Below are positions 13,246 through 24,709 of a stretch of DNA of 49,207 nucleotides, piece by piece. The notes below the pieces were generated by a model that saw only the letters and a program-made list of their open reading frames with translations, did not search any database and was not told where the DNA came from. Numbering within the stretch: position 1 is the stretch's first letter; each line of letters opens with the position of its first letter. The stretch is from Trichoplax sp. H2 (lineage: Eukaryota): contig NOWV01000024.1 in assembly GCA_003344405.1 (NCBI GenBank), positions 682,001-731,207 of the forward strand. The letters run 5' to 3'. Position numbers and translations under genes: made by a program.

Positions 13246-14329
13246 TCTACTAGTAAGATCAAATACTGCCATCATTATTTATTTACTTTTGATATAAATG
13301 AAAATCCTATAAGCCTAAATTGAAATGTCGTAGATCTGTCACAAATTTAGTTGAACTTTACGCAATGTAGAATGTAATTACGATATATTATCATATATTT
13401 AATATTATTAAAGATATAGAGGCTCAAAGTATCGACAGCTAATAGCTGTCACGGTAGATAAAATATCGTACAATTAAGATTTTTACCTAACCTTATATAT
13501 CCGTCTAAAGCATAAAATTTTAATTATACAGAACTAATGTGAATGCGTGCCACAAGTATTTCATAAAAAATATGTCTAACTTGCAATCGATTTTTGAATT
13601 AAAATCCTCCAATATGTTAGTAACTGATTATCAATTAAACTGAGTCCAACACTGTATGCAAGATGAATTAAGATATCATTTTTAACATCTTCTAGATTGA
13701 TTAACAGAAAGAGAGCAAATAGAGGCATAATTATTAAATTCCTCTTCCGTTTCGGACTGAATTATAATACAAAACTGATTGATATGCTAATAATTAGCCA
13801 AACAGTCAGTTTCTAATGCAAAAGATCAAAATTGACTTCTTTTCAGCTGATTTATCCAAATATAATAGCAAAATAGCTTGTTATATGCTTCTAAATGACG
13901 AAAGAGAAGCAGCAATGACCGTGAAAAACTTCTACAGTATCGTACCGAAGCCGCTACTTCAGTTGCTAGCTCTACCCGGTATAGCTACGTAATAACTTTC
14001 TAGAATCGATATATCTTTAAACCTATGATACTGGTATTATATAAGAAAAAAGGTCAAATAGTTATTTGAATAAGTTTTGCGAATAAATTTACGGCTAATT
14101 TATACATTTCTGTATGATTAATATACCTGAATGTGTCTTAAGTGATTATTTAGAATTCACAGGAAGAATTTGAGATATAATCGTTACTCCGACCATATTT
14201 CCAGCAAACTTAAGGTTAATTCTACGCAGGCAAAATAGATTAAAGTCTAGTCAAATGTAATGAAATGAAAACTGTAGAGATCAAGCTACAAAACTTTAAC
14301 AAACTTTGATTCTACTTTCGTTGCACTCC

Positions 14330-15180
14330 GGTCGACTTAACGCTAGTACTTTGACACCAAATAAAATTTGGGGAAATAACCGAACAGCAATTTATTACGA
14401 AACAAAAATGGAGAGAAGTATAAGCCGAACAACCTTACAAATACTTAGCTTTAAGTATTAATAAATAAATGACAGACTTAAAAATTGTCAACGAGCAAAC
14501 AACCTTTCAAAAAGAAGAACGCTTTAACTTACGACAATTCGACCCCGAAGGCCTTTTAAATTCAACAAGTTCTTCAAATAAATTTTTCTTCTACTCTTCT
14601 CTAAATTTTCTAATTATACTATCATTTATAGGCTTTGTCGAGCCGTCAGAGGTATTTAAAACTAAATATTTGCTAACCAATCGCTCTTAAGATCCGTTTT
14701 AGAAAACTACTTTGCATCATTTAAGAAAACAAAAATCATTCAAAGTTCAGACACAATTTACCCTACGATTCCTTTACAAAACACTATATAACCAATAAGC
14801 TAACTTAAAATACATCAAACTTCACTTCTAACATAATTTCTATCATTAATACACTATAAAAGTCTAAAAACTAACCTTTAAACATCAAGATTTAGTCATA
14901 AAAATAATATTCTAACTACTTAACAATCAACACAACCTCTACCAATTTCCATCTTATTTTCTATTTTCCTAACTAAACTTTCCTAATGTGACTTTCAAGT
15001 CACGTCATAAAATTCCAAAATTTCAAATTCATAACAAAAAATTCAAATTTCAAAAATCAACTCGTACGGTATTTTTCATGAACAAAAATCCAAAAATTAA
15101 AACAGGAAAATTATATCGGACATAAATCCGACCGGCTCCGGAATCCGAATCCAAAAAATCCGGATTTTATAAAGATTACA
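14330..15180. mobile_element. Compositionally anomalous G-depleted island, possibly a decayed transposon
   Basis: 14761-15060 has 9 G versus 66 C on the + strand (hand count). The right edge carries repeated AATCC(G) motifs and an imperfect inverted repeat ATAAATCCG (15122) / CGGATTTTAT (15161). No TIR or TSD was confirmed and the boundaries are approximate. Confidence 0.3.
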
Positions 15181-15625
15181 GTACTCGCTATTTCGCTAAT
15201 CAAAAAATTTTATATGACTATCACGACTACTTTTCTGACTTTAGTATCGCTGAGTATTGGCAGTTGATGTTTTAGCGTCAGATTGTACGTTAAGTGTACG
15301 ATTATAGACTACATTACAGTACTTTATCGCCATGTTATAAATCCCCTTTCTCTAAGGATAGGGTTTTGTTACTAAGTCAAATTGATTTACAATTTGAATA
15401 GACGATCAAACGCCCTTTCTTTAGATTAGGCAATTGCTCTAGGGCTATTTCTATAGCAATCTATATAATACCTTGTAAAATAATGAAGAAGAAAATATGG
15501 CGACATGATGATTTGGCAGGGTAAAACTTAAAGACACTATCACTTTCTAGGTATTTTCTATAGTAAAATAATACTAGTTACATACTAAAAGCTATAAAGG
15601 ACTCTACTTTTAGTCCTTCACTACA

Positions 15626-16180
15626 CAAATCTTGACTGCATAGTAATGTTCAAGGGCTTGTAAAATTATGATTAATCAATTTAGCTAATTTAGAAGCTAA
15701 ACTAAGTATATTATACGATCAATTAAAACGCTATGGTGTCGAAAGAGAGGCATAAAATATACTCTGACCAATACTATAGAAAAATTGCAATTGTTGTTAT
15801 GTCACTTTCTACTGTAATCTAGGAGCTAAATACATATCAAAGATCTAGAATCATACGCTTCGAATTATTATTTAAAATTTAGAGACAGAATTAGAGATAC
15901 TATAGTCACTTTAATCATATCTCTAGTAAATTTAAAGTTAGTTCTACACATCCAAAATGGATTAAAAAGAAGCCAAATCTGGGCTGTAGTGCAATATTTA
16001 AGGGCTTACGAAATTGTGATTTCAATCAATTTAGCTAATTTAGAAGCTAAATTAAGTATGCGACATGATAAGTTAGAACATTATTCTATTCTTTAAAATA
16101 CTCGTATAAGGGCGGATTATGGTGTGGAAAGAGAGGTGTGAAATATATTCAGACCAATATTAAGAACAAATTATAGTTAG
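15626..16180 (+). repeat. Diverged direct duplication (~170 bp; second copy has a ~40-bp insertion)
   Basis: AAGGGCTT..AATCAATTTAGCTAATTTAGAAGCTAAA..TATGGTGT.GAAAGAGAGG..GACCAATA occurs at ~15626-15795 and ~15975-16180. Confidence 0.8.
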
Positions 16181-16769
16181 GGCTGTATCAATAATGCGAG
16201 TTGATACCCTAATTTAACATTTCAATCTCTTCTATAGAATATTTTGGACTGAAAGAAGGATGCGATTGCAGCATTGCTATAGCATAGGTTTAATAAAATA
16301 AATGATATAAATATAATTCTCTGCATGTGAGCATCGATATGAAGAATTTTGATTTAAGGAGTCAATATCTTTTATTGAGGCTATAATCTTAGAAATGCAG
16401 ATATTCAATTTCTTAGAATAGCAGCTACAACCTACTGTCTATAAGTACCGATGCTTAACATGGATCAGTATCGTAGAGATTCAAAGTCAATAGACAGCAG
16501 CAAAAGTCTATCTTGGCAAAATTAAGTTAGAGTGTATTTTTACTGACTCGCTTTGGATCATAAACAATTCTAATACATCCTGTAATGGATGCAAAAGATA
16601 TCCAGAAATTTTTAATCCATTCACTAAATTACTGGTTCTAAAGATTAAAATTTATGATATCATAACTGAATAATCAGACGTATCAAATTGTATTTTAACT
16701 AATATGATTGCTTGAATTTTCTAAAGTCCATAGTTTCAATCTGTCACCTAAACAATTTGGCGGACAAAC

Positions 16770-19227
16770 TTAATCGTATAATTCCATTTCGACGGGATAA
16801 TGGTCGCTAACAGCAGTGGTCTAATAAATAGCACAATAAATAGATTTAATATCAATTAGATTATTGGCGATCATCAAAGCAGATCGAATTATTATATTTT
16901 TATAGATAATAAAAGGTAAATTTTCTATTTATTAATTTTTATAATCGATATCAGGCCAGTTTAAGGCTAACGCACAGAAGATTGACGATCATAAAATCAT
17001 CATTTAACATTTATTCTATTTGTCTCAATTTACTTAATGGCATCTTACCTCGTCATAGCTAAGGCCATACTCACTGTCAAATCGGAATACTTTAGCAGTA
17101 CCGCTAACATAATCACTTTGCATACGACTACCAGCTAAAACAAGTCTGAAGACAAAATTAGAAGAAAAATTCAGGATATAGCAGATGACCAAGTATAAGT
17201 AATTACCTAAACTGTCTAAAAACTCACAATGATGCCAAGGTACAACATTAATTATACGTTACTACTTTCTATCTAGCATAAATCTATTTCATCCCTATCA
17301 CTATTATAGAATCATGACGATCGTAAACTGAAAGCCAGTAAGAATACCTGTCATAGGCACAATTGGTTGATTTAGTGGTAGTATCAGCATTACTGCCAAT
17401 GACCCAGTTAAATCGGCTTTGAGTCCACAAGCGAACATAACTCCATTCACTTGATGAAATATAACTGCAATCAGCATTGAAATCACCCATAAGGATGGCG
17501 TTTGATTCACCAAAACGAGTAGTAGCGTCATCATAAACATCAGCTAAGGCATCAGTTTCTTCGACAGCGTAGGAAGGAGAGGCATGGCAAGGGATCAGGA
17601 CGAATTGCTTACCTAGGAGGTGAGAATAACTTCTATTTAGATATTTCTATTAGTATATGTTAACATATATATTACTAAATTATTTTGAATAGTAAATGAT
17701 TTTTCCATCTCGTGATTAATAGTCATTGCATTATGAAATTTACGAATTTAGTCAGAATATCGTATCTACAGCTTTTAGCGCATGACAATTTATCCGAAAT
17801 TGAATATTTTCTATTGAATATCACTTTGCCAATTCGTTTGCATCATTAATAGTGCATTTAAGGCTAATAATTCCCATTTGATAGAATAACAGCAAACTAG
17901 AGGCTTACGGAATATATTCTAACTAACCAGTAGCAGTGATTTTAAACTTAACAACAAAGGGTTCTCTGATAAAGGAATCTTCACCAGCGCTTTCATCACC
18001 GTCATCATAGTGATAATTTCCTTGGACTGAGAATAAATCGGTCCTAGCAATGAATGTCATTAATTAAAACAAATGGAGCTTTTACTACTATTATTTAGCC
18101 GTTACTTTCTATCAAAGAATAAACAAATATACAGGCCTACCTTACCGAATAACTTATTGATTTATTATGCTAATATCATTAAGGCGATGCTTAATTAAGT
18201 AAACTTTACCTATAGAAGAAAGCATATTGCTCCTTGTAGCTGCTACGACCAAGGCGATCAGAAAGAATCATGGCATAAGAATAGCTATGACCCCTATGAA
18301 TACAATAGTGAATAGATAAGAGTTTCCCATGGTTTGCATATTCGATAGGCTTTACCAGAACTAATACTGCCGCGTTACTCATATTGATGAAAGCTACTGT
18401 CTGTTAGATTTAAATTTTGATTAAAATAGCTAACACATAATTTTTAACAAAATCAGTTAATATTATATATATATATATTTATAAAAATTTTATGTTACTA
18501 CATCATAAGTTAAATTTTAGCTGCATTAAACAGTTACTGTATTATAATAAAGGCGATTGATAATTCGTTAAATTTAAAGGGGATTAATTATTGCTCAATA
18601 TTTATTTATAATTGTTGCTTAGATACAGTATCTTTCTACTAATCACTTATAAAATCATTTTATTACTACACTACACTTTGCATTTTGTAGCGTTACAGTC
18701 AGAATTATCAAATAGATAAGCAAGCAATATTTATAGGTACACTTTTCAATACTATAATAGCGAAAAATTATTTTAATGTAATTAAAATTCCTAATCATAA
18801 ATTACATCCACTAACAGATCTAATCTAATAATTTTTTCGTACTTATTAACTTCATCCAAAAGTGTTTGGATAGCGACGCCACTGCTGTCACGGATTTCTT
18901 GGATAAGAGTTAGATCGTAACGACGCAAGATCTAAGTCAGAAATGAAAAATCTTTCTTGAAGATTTTACCCTAGCAAACGCTCATCTTCTAGATCTACAA
19001 CATGCGTATAAGAATATGATAGCAAAATTTCCAATTCGTAATTCAAATCACTGTTTCTTATAGGCTTCTTTCTCCTGCATGCTTACCTTAACTAATTCAG
19101 CTACAACTTCTTGTTTGCCCATTTTGGTTTTGCCCAACGTTTGGATGTTAAAGGCAGCAATTTTCACTTTGCCGGCTTCAGCAGCCAACGAAAAAATTGC
19201 GAGCATACAAAATAGTGCAATCTTCAT
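16770..19227 (-). CDS. Secreted deoxyribonuclease I family protein, paralog A (280 aa)
   Basis: Exons 19227-19087, 18931-18843, 18293-18210, 18043-17928, 17612-17348, 17145-17049, 16820-16770. Signal peptide followed by KIAAFNIQ, IQEIRD, LGRSSYKEQY, REPF, PCHASP (catalytic His), MGDFNADCSY, CAYDR and SDHYPVE (second catalytic His). Confidence 0.95.
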
Positions 19228-19295
19228 CTTGATCTCGTCAGAATTTGAAAGGAAAAGCAGCCAAAAATTATGTAAAATAAGCTCAATTTGTACGC

Positions 19296-19327
19296 TTTAT
19301 ATACTTTGTCCACTGTTATGCAGCTGC
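19296..19327 (-). promoter_or_regulatory. TATA box plus palindromic GCAGCTGC E-box upstream of DNase paralog A
   Basis: Minus-strand GTATATAAAG about 70 bp upstream of the ATG, with GCAGCTGC at 19320-19327. The same arrangement occurs upstream of paralog B. Confidence 0.55.
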
Positions 19328-21484
19328 AAAGTTATTTCCTTGATAACCTATGAAACTGATTAATTATTAAAGCAGACTAGATACATTAACAGCTGCGGTA
19401 TATAAATTGTAAACATTTTCGATCATTATCTATTGAATGATCCACCTTGAACGGAATTAACGTATTAAATATTAAGACATTTTTATATCTTAAAATCTGT
19501 AGTAGAGATTGAATTTTTAAAAGTATATAGCAAATTCTAAACAGTAGCTTGTACTGTAATTCTTTGATGCATATGACATTCAACTCTGAAATTTTTCACG
19601 CCAAATCTGATTTAATCTAATCTAAAGTAATATTTTCATTTTCATTAATAAATAATTCCAAGGATTCATTTATCTGTTTATTTCTTTAAATCTAATTGAT
19701 ATTTTAAGATAATCTTTAATCTTATACGGTATATGTGAGATTAGTTGCATTGTGTCTTTACTGTAAATGTTGATTATACTTAAATACAATGATTTTCAAA
19801 AGTGAATTCTAGATATTCGGTCATTTCTATCTGAATTGTTTACATAAGCGCATTCATTTATAATTTGATTCATTCTACGAATACTCTTCTTTGACTTTGT
19901 TTGATTTCATGTATGTGGCTACACTGTTATGTCAATATTGCCTACTAGTAGTTATTAAAGTTTCTTATTCGAAGTGAGATATCTTCTAAAATCTCTTTTA
20001 TAATTCTTGTTAAAACGCGTATATTTGGACTGGATCGACCTCCTTAATTCTATCTATAAGCGTAATTACAGTAGTAAAGCTATAAGATTGTTACTAATCA
20101 CTTAGAACCATTAGGATGACAATCAATCGCCCCATTTTATCGATATAGCGCTTTTCTCTGAGATGATTATAAATCTGTTCATGCTTTTTAAAACTGGATT
20201 GACACTTTTTTTATTTTTACTTTACTAATACAATACTAGTATTATATTACATCGGACACAAATATAACACTACCTGTCCTGTAAATAATAGCAATAAATA
20301 TAGATAACATTTATAAGCAGCTTCTAACACATCAACATTGAAGCTTATCTTCAAATAATTTATATATTTAAATAAATTATTTATCACAGCATTAATACTA
20401 TGCTATAGAATACCGTTTACGACGTATGATATAATCCACTTATAAATTCATATGGTAGAATTTACTTTTAATATATTTTTCACATAACCTATTCTTATTG
20501 AATGTATTATTTGTAAAAGTATTGATACCATGTTGTATGATATAATTCGCTAATTGATTAATTCGGCAGAATTTACCTTCAATATATATTTTGCATAATG
20601 TATTCTATACCTGTTAGGAGAGAAAACTAGGATACTGAAGTCAATTACATCATAACTGTATTGATTTATCTATTCCATCTATCAAGAGATAGCTTGGATA
20701 ATCGAACTGAAACTCTAGCATTTTTAAAGTGCTAAGAGATGGTGCGATATTTATTTACCTAAGCAATTTGACTATCCAACCGATTTATTTGGCAAACTTG
20801 CTATTAGACGCATTAGGATCTGCTATTAATTTTATTTAGCCAACACTGTTTGTAAATTCTGCACAATAGTTTAATTTATATAACTTGTATGAAGAATAGC
20901 TATCTATGATAATGTATATCTCAGATTTAAAGAATTCATGCCTTATCTAGAATTTTTATCATTTTCTGTTTCTTCCTGAATTACCATGTACAAGATAATC
21001 AGAGAATGAAATATAAACAAAGATTCAGGATATAGCAACAGAAATATTAGATATGAATGATTTTGTTTTATTAGTGTTTGATCAGAGTTTTTTAACGTGC
21101 AATGCTTATTAACTATAAAGATACAAATTTAGCCTAAAATCGAAGATTAGATAACTACAAGTTGCTATTTAACCATAGTCTAATAAGTGTATTCGACGTA
21201 AATACTATTCATAATAAGCTTAAAATAGTTTAGAAATGCCTAGATTTTCATTAGCTACCGTAACTGTCTAATTTTCAGTAATAACAGCTTGTGCAAGGAA
21301 AGAATTAAATTACTGCTGCAATTATTCATTTGCTGAACATGAAATTGCAACGTGCACTATAGCCATCATTAACTATAGTAATACTATTCAACCCGAAAAT
21401 TACGATTTAAGTATGTAGCTGTTCATCATATTCCGGTCTAGTTGTTCCATAATTATTATTGCAATTTTGCAAGCATTTTACGCT

Positions 21485-24400
21485 TTAATCATACAATTCC
21501 ATTTCGATAGGATAGTGATCGCTCACAGCGGTAGTCTATATTATAACATAAAACGAAAACAAATTTAATATTGAATCTATTTGCCTATACCGGTATCTAT
21601 TCGATAAATGACGTTTTTAATTAGCTTTCATCTTATTAAATTATATAGTATTCCTCAATAAGCTGATTTATTATGCAGTAGTCGGCTCTAATGGGATATA
21701 TTTTCTGTTGTAGTCTATAGCAAGCTAGAGTTTGATAGATTTTGTAGCCTTGTACATTCAAAACGACTATTGAATGATATTTCTGAATGTAAGCGTAAAG
21801 TACAACTAAATCTTTAAACATTGAAAGTTTTAGTTAGTTTACTTTCAATCGAGCATAAAAGCCTTATTTCCTCGACTAATTACATTAAAGATTAAATTTC
21901 TGTAATCCTCTTACATTGCTGCATAACGATTTTACGTAAACAGTAAATAAGTTTCAAAAATTATTTAGTGGTATTCATTTGATTACTAGATTCCATTAAC
22001 GTATTTAATGTCTGTCAACCTCTAACGCCACTACAGTACATAATCACTACTGTATTTTTTCCATCTACGCATTTCTATTCAATTAAGTGATATTTCTTAC
22101 CTCAGAGTAGCTAAGACCGTATTCAGTATCATAGCGGAAAACTTTAGCGGTGCCGCTGACATAGTCAGATTGCATACGGCTTCCAACCAAAACAAATCTA
22201 TTAGGTAATTAAAAAATGAAAATTTATTTTAATTATACTTTCAAGCCAATATTAACTACTTATTGCCATAATTTATAGTATCGCTCCGACAGCGTATATT
22301 AACTAAAGTAGCCATATAGTCATTACTAAAGTATAACATCTTATTCGATTCTTATTCGCGTACTATGGTTTAAGTTCATTTTTGTATATATCATCCAGTA
22401 TAGCATTAAATAGAGCTAGATCACCATTACTTAAAGGCATCGCCTTTGTTTATCCTTAAACTTATTTTCATCCTTTTAAACATCCTCTGGTATAATTTAT
22501 CAAGGATAAGAGTAAACTATAATATCTACTATACCTGTCATAAGCGCAGTGAGTGGATTTGGTAGTGGTATCAGCACTATTGGGAATGATCCAGTTGAAT
22601 CTGGACTGAGTCCACATACGGATATAGCTCCATTCACTTGATGTAACATAGCTGCAATCAGCATTTAAATCACCCAAAATGATAGCGTTCGTTTCACCAA
22701 GTCGACTAGTAGCATCATCATAAACATCAGTTAAAGCATCATTTTCTTCAACAGCATAGCTAGGAGAAGCATGGCAAGGAATGAGAAGGAATTGCTTGCC
22801 TAGAATTCGTGATAATATAGAAATATAGGTTTTGCAGTATTAATAGAATGATTCCATTATAATAATTTTAGTTTGGAGCTAAAATAGAGGAGTTAAATAA
22901 TCATGGCTGCAAGTATTATAGTCATTTTGCAAAATGACCGATTATCTATACGGCAACGACATGTATATATATATATATAAGATATATGTAATATTACGTT
23001 ATATATCCTAAGTTGATCTATAGAGCTTAGATATATTGAGTAACAATTTTAACGAGATCACTTAACACTACAGTGATTTTAATCAAACTAAATAATTAAT
23101 TGTATGTTCATGTCTATTATCGTTGAAGCACAATAATTAATGAACGTATTTCAAAGCTGTGACTTGCGATTATCAAATATTGGATTGACATAACTTTATA
23201 GATCTAGCAATTGATTTAAATTCTAGAACTAACTGGTACACAACCGATTTTAATCATTTTAAGTGATGAAATATATGCCCATGTCCTTTTAGTGAACGTA
23301 TTGCAAGATTGCTACTTTCGATTTTTGGATATTAGATCAAAGTAACTTTACAGATTTTGCAATTGATATAAACTCTATAACTAACCGGTAGCCCTGATTT
23401 TAAACTTGACGACGAATGGTTCTCTTTGGAAGGTATCTTCGCCAGCAGATTCGCTACCATCATCATAATGATAGTTTCCTTGAGGTGAAAACAAGTCAGA
23501 CCTGGAGTTTTATGAACAAGTACAGGGTGAAGTTAAATCAATTCGCAAGTTTAAATCATAATGGAACTGATATTATCAAAGAAAAGACTAATAATATTAT
23601 TGCTGAGGTAGCTTAACAGATTTCTGTATTGAAATTTAGTATAGCTTTCATTACCTGTAAAAGAAAGCATATTGTTCCTTGGAACTGGTACGACCAAGAC
23701 GATCTGAAATGAGCATCGAATAAGAGCGAGAATGACCCCTAATTAAAAGCAAAAGGAAGGGTTTAATTCTGAGAAATTTAAATAATTTATTATCAGCATG
23801 ATATTTATAGTGTGAATGCCATGTTTCTTATTATTCAGAATAGTTTAAGATATATTGAAAACTATCACATTCTTCTATTAGATTTCAACTTAGATTGAAT
23901 CTACTGTATATGGAATTTATTCAGAAAAATAAAATCTATCTAATCATGGTAACACTTATCCTTCTGTTTCCGATTATCAAATACAAACTGCTAATGATAT
24001 GCATCTTAGTACTCAGTGGTAGATGTACAGCATTAAAGCTCTATGTTAAGATAATAACACTAAACTTTATAATTCAATTCTGTTCCGACGTACTTTAATC
24101 ACAAAATTAGATGGAATTGTAACTAATAACAACGTTTCAGCATTATCATTGGTTAAATAAGTCGTTTCCCCGACAATTAAGCAGGCGTTATGAATAGCTA
24201 TAAATTACCCGAATTAAATAAACTTCAGGTAATTACCTCAGATTTACATTCAATAAGAAGTTAAAGTCATGATTGAGCTACACATTCAGCTTACTTGTTG
24301 ACTTCGGTTAAAAGTTGTTGGATAGCGGTACCGCTGATGTCGCGGATTTCTTGAATAAGGGTCAAATCATAACGACGTAGAATCTATGCAATCAGTCAGT

Positions 24401-24603
24401 AAAAACATTTGATTATGCTAGAAGTTTAGCGTGTATCTTAATCTATAGTAGCTGCTATTTACCTTAACCAAGTCTGCAACAACATCTGGTTTACCCATCT
24501 TTGTTTTACCTAAAACCTGAATGTTAAAAGCTGCAAGCTTAACCTTACCAGCTTCAGCGGCTAAGGCCAAAACAGCTAGCATACAAATGACTGCAATTTT
24601 CAT
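21485..24603 (-). CDS. Secreted deoxyribonuclease I family protein, paralog B (280 aa)
   Basis: Exons 24603-24463, 24383-24295, 23738-23655, 23501-23386, 22799-22535, 22197-22101, 21535-21485. Sizes 141/89/84/116/265/97/51 are identical to paralog A. The catalytic motifs are intact (EIRD, PCHASP, GDLNADCSY, CAYDR, SDHYPIE). Confidence 0.95.
23141..23405 (+). repeat. Diverged ~112-bp tandem duplication spanning the exon 4 donor of DNase paralog B
   Basis: TGAACGTATT..TAACTTTA.AGAT..GCAATTGAT.TAAA.TCTA.AACTAAC.GGTA..GATTTTAA at ~23141-23255 and ~23293-23405. Confidence 0.75.
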
Positions 24604-24677
24604 GATGTCAAACTATTCCGAATCAAACTGATAATAAATCAAATGAAATGGAGTAGATAGTAAACGAATATTGCCTC

Positions 24678-24709
24678 CTTAAATACTTTCAAATTGATAT
24701 TGCAGCTGC
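24678..24709 (-). promoter_or_regulatory. TATA-like element plus GCAGCTGC E-box upstream of DNase paralog B
   Basis: Minus-strand GTATTTAAGG, with GCAGCTGC at 24702-24709. The 19-bp offset from the shared ATACTTT is identical to paralog A. Confidence 0.55.

Noticed and set aside
15504..15530. HDDLAG*NL on the + strand resembles the kinase catalytic loop HRDLAARNIL downstream of Eph-like paralog 2
   Set aside because: Short, contains a stop, and no GxGxxG, VAIK or DFG motif was seen at suitable spacing. Probably chance; a tblastn with an Eph kinase would settle it.
19079..19363. ORF-track entries antisense to or frame-shifted over real exons (also 11278-11577, 17304-17540, 23416-23616, 36540-36824, 37053-37262, 46097-46306)
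   Set aside because: Shadows of the genes already modelled.
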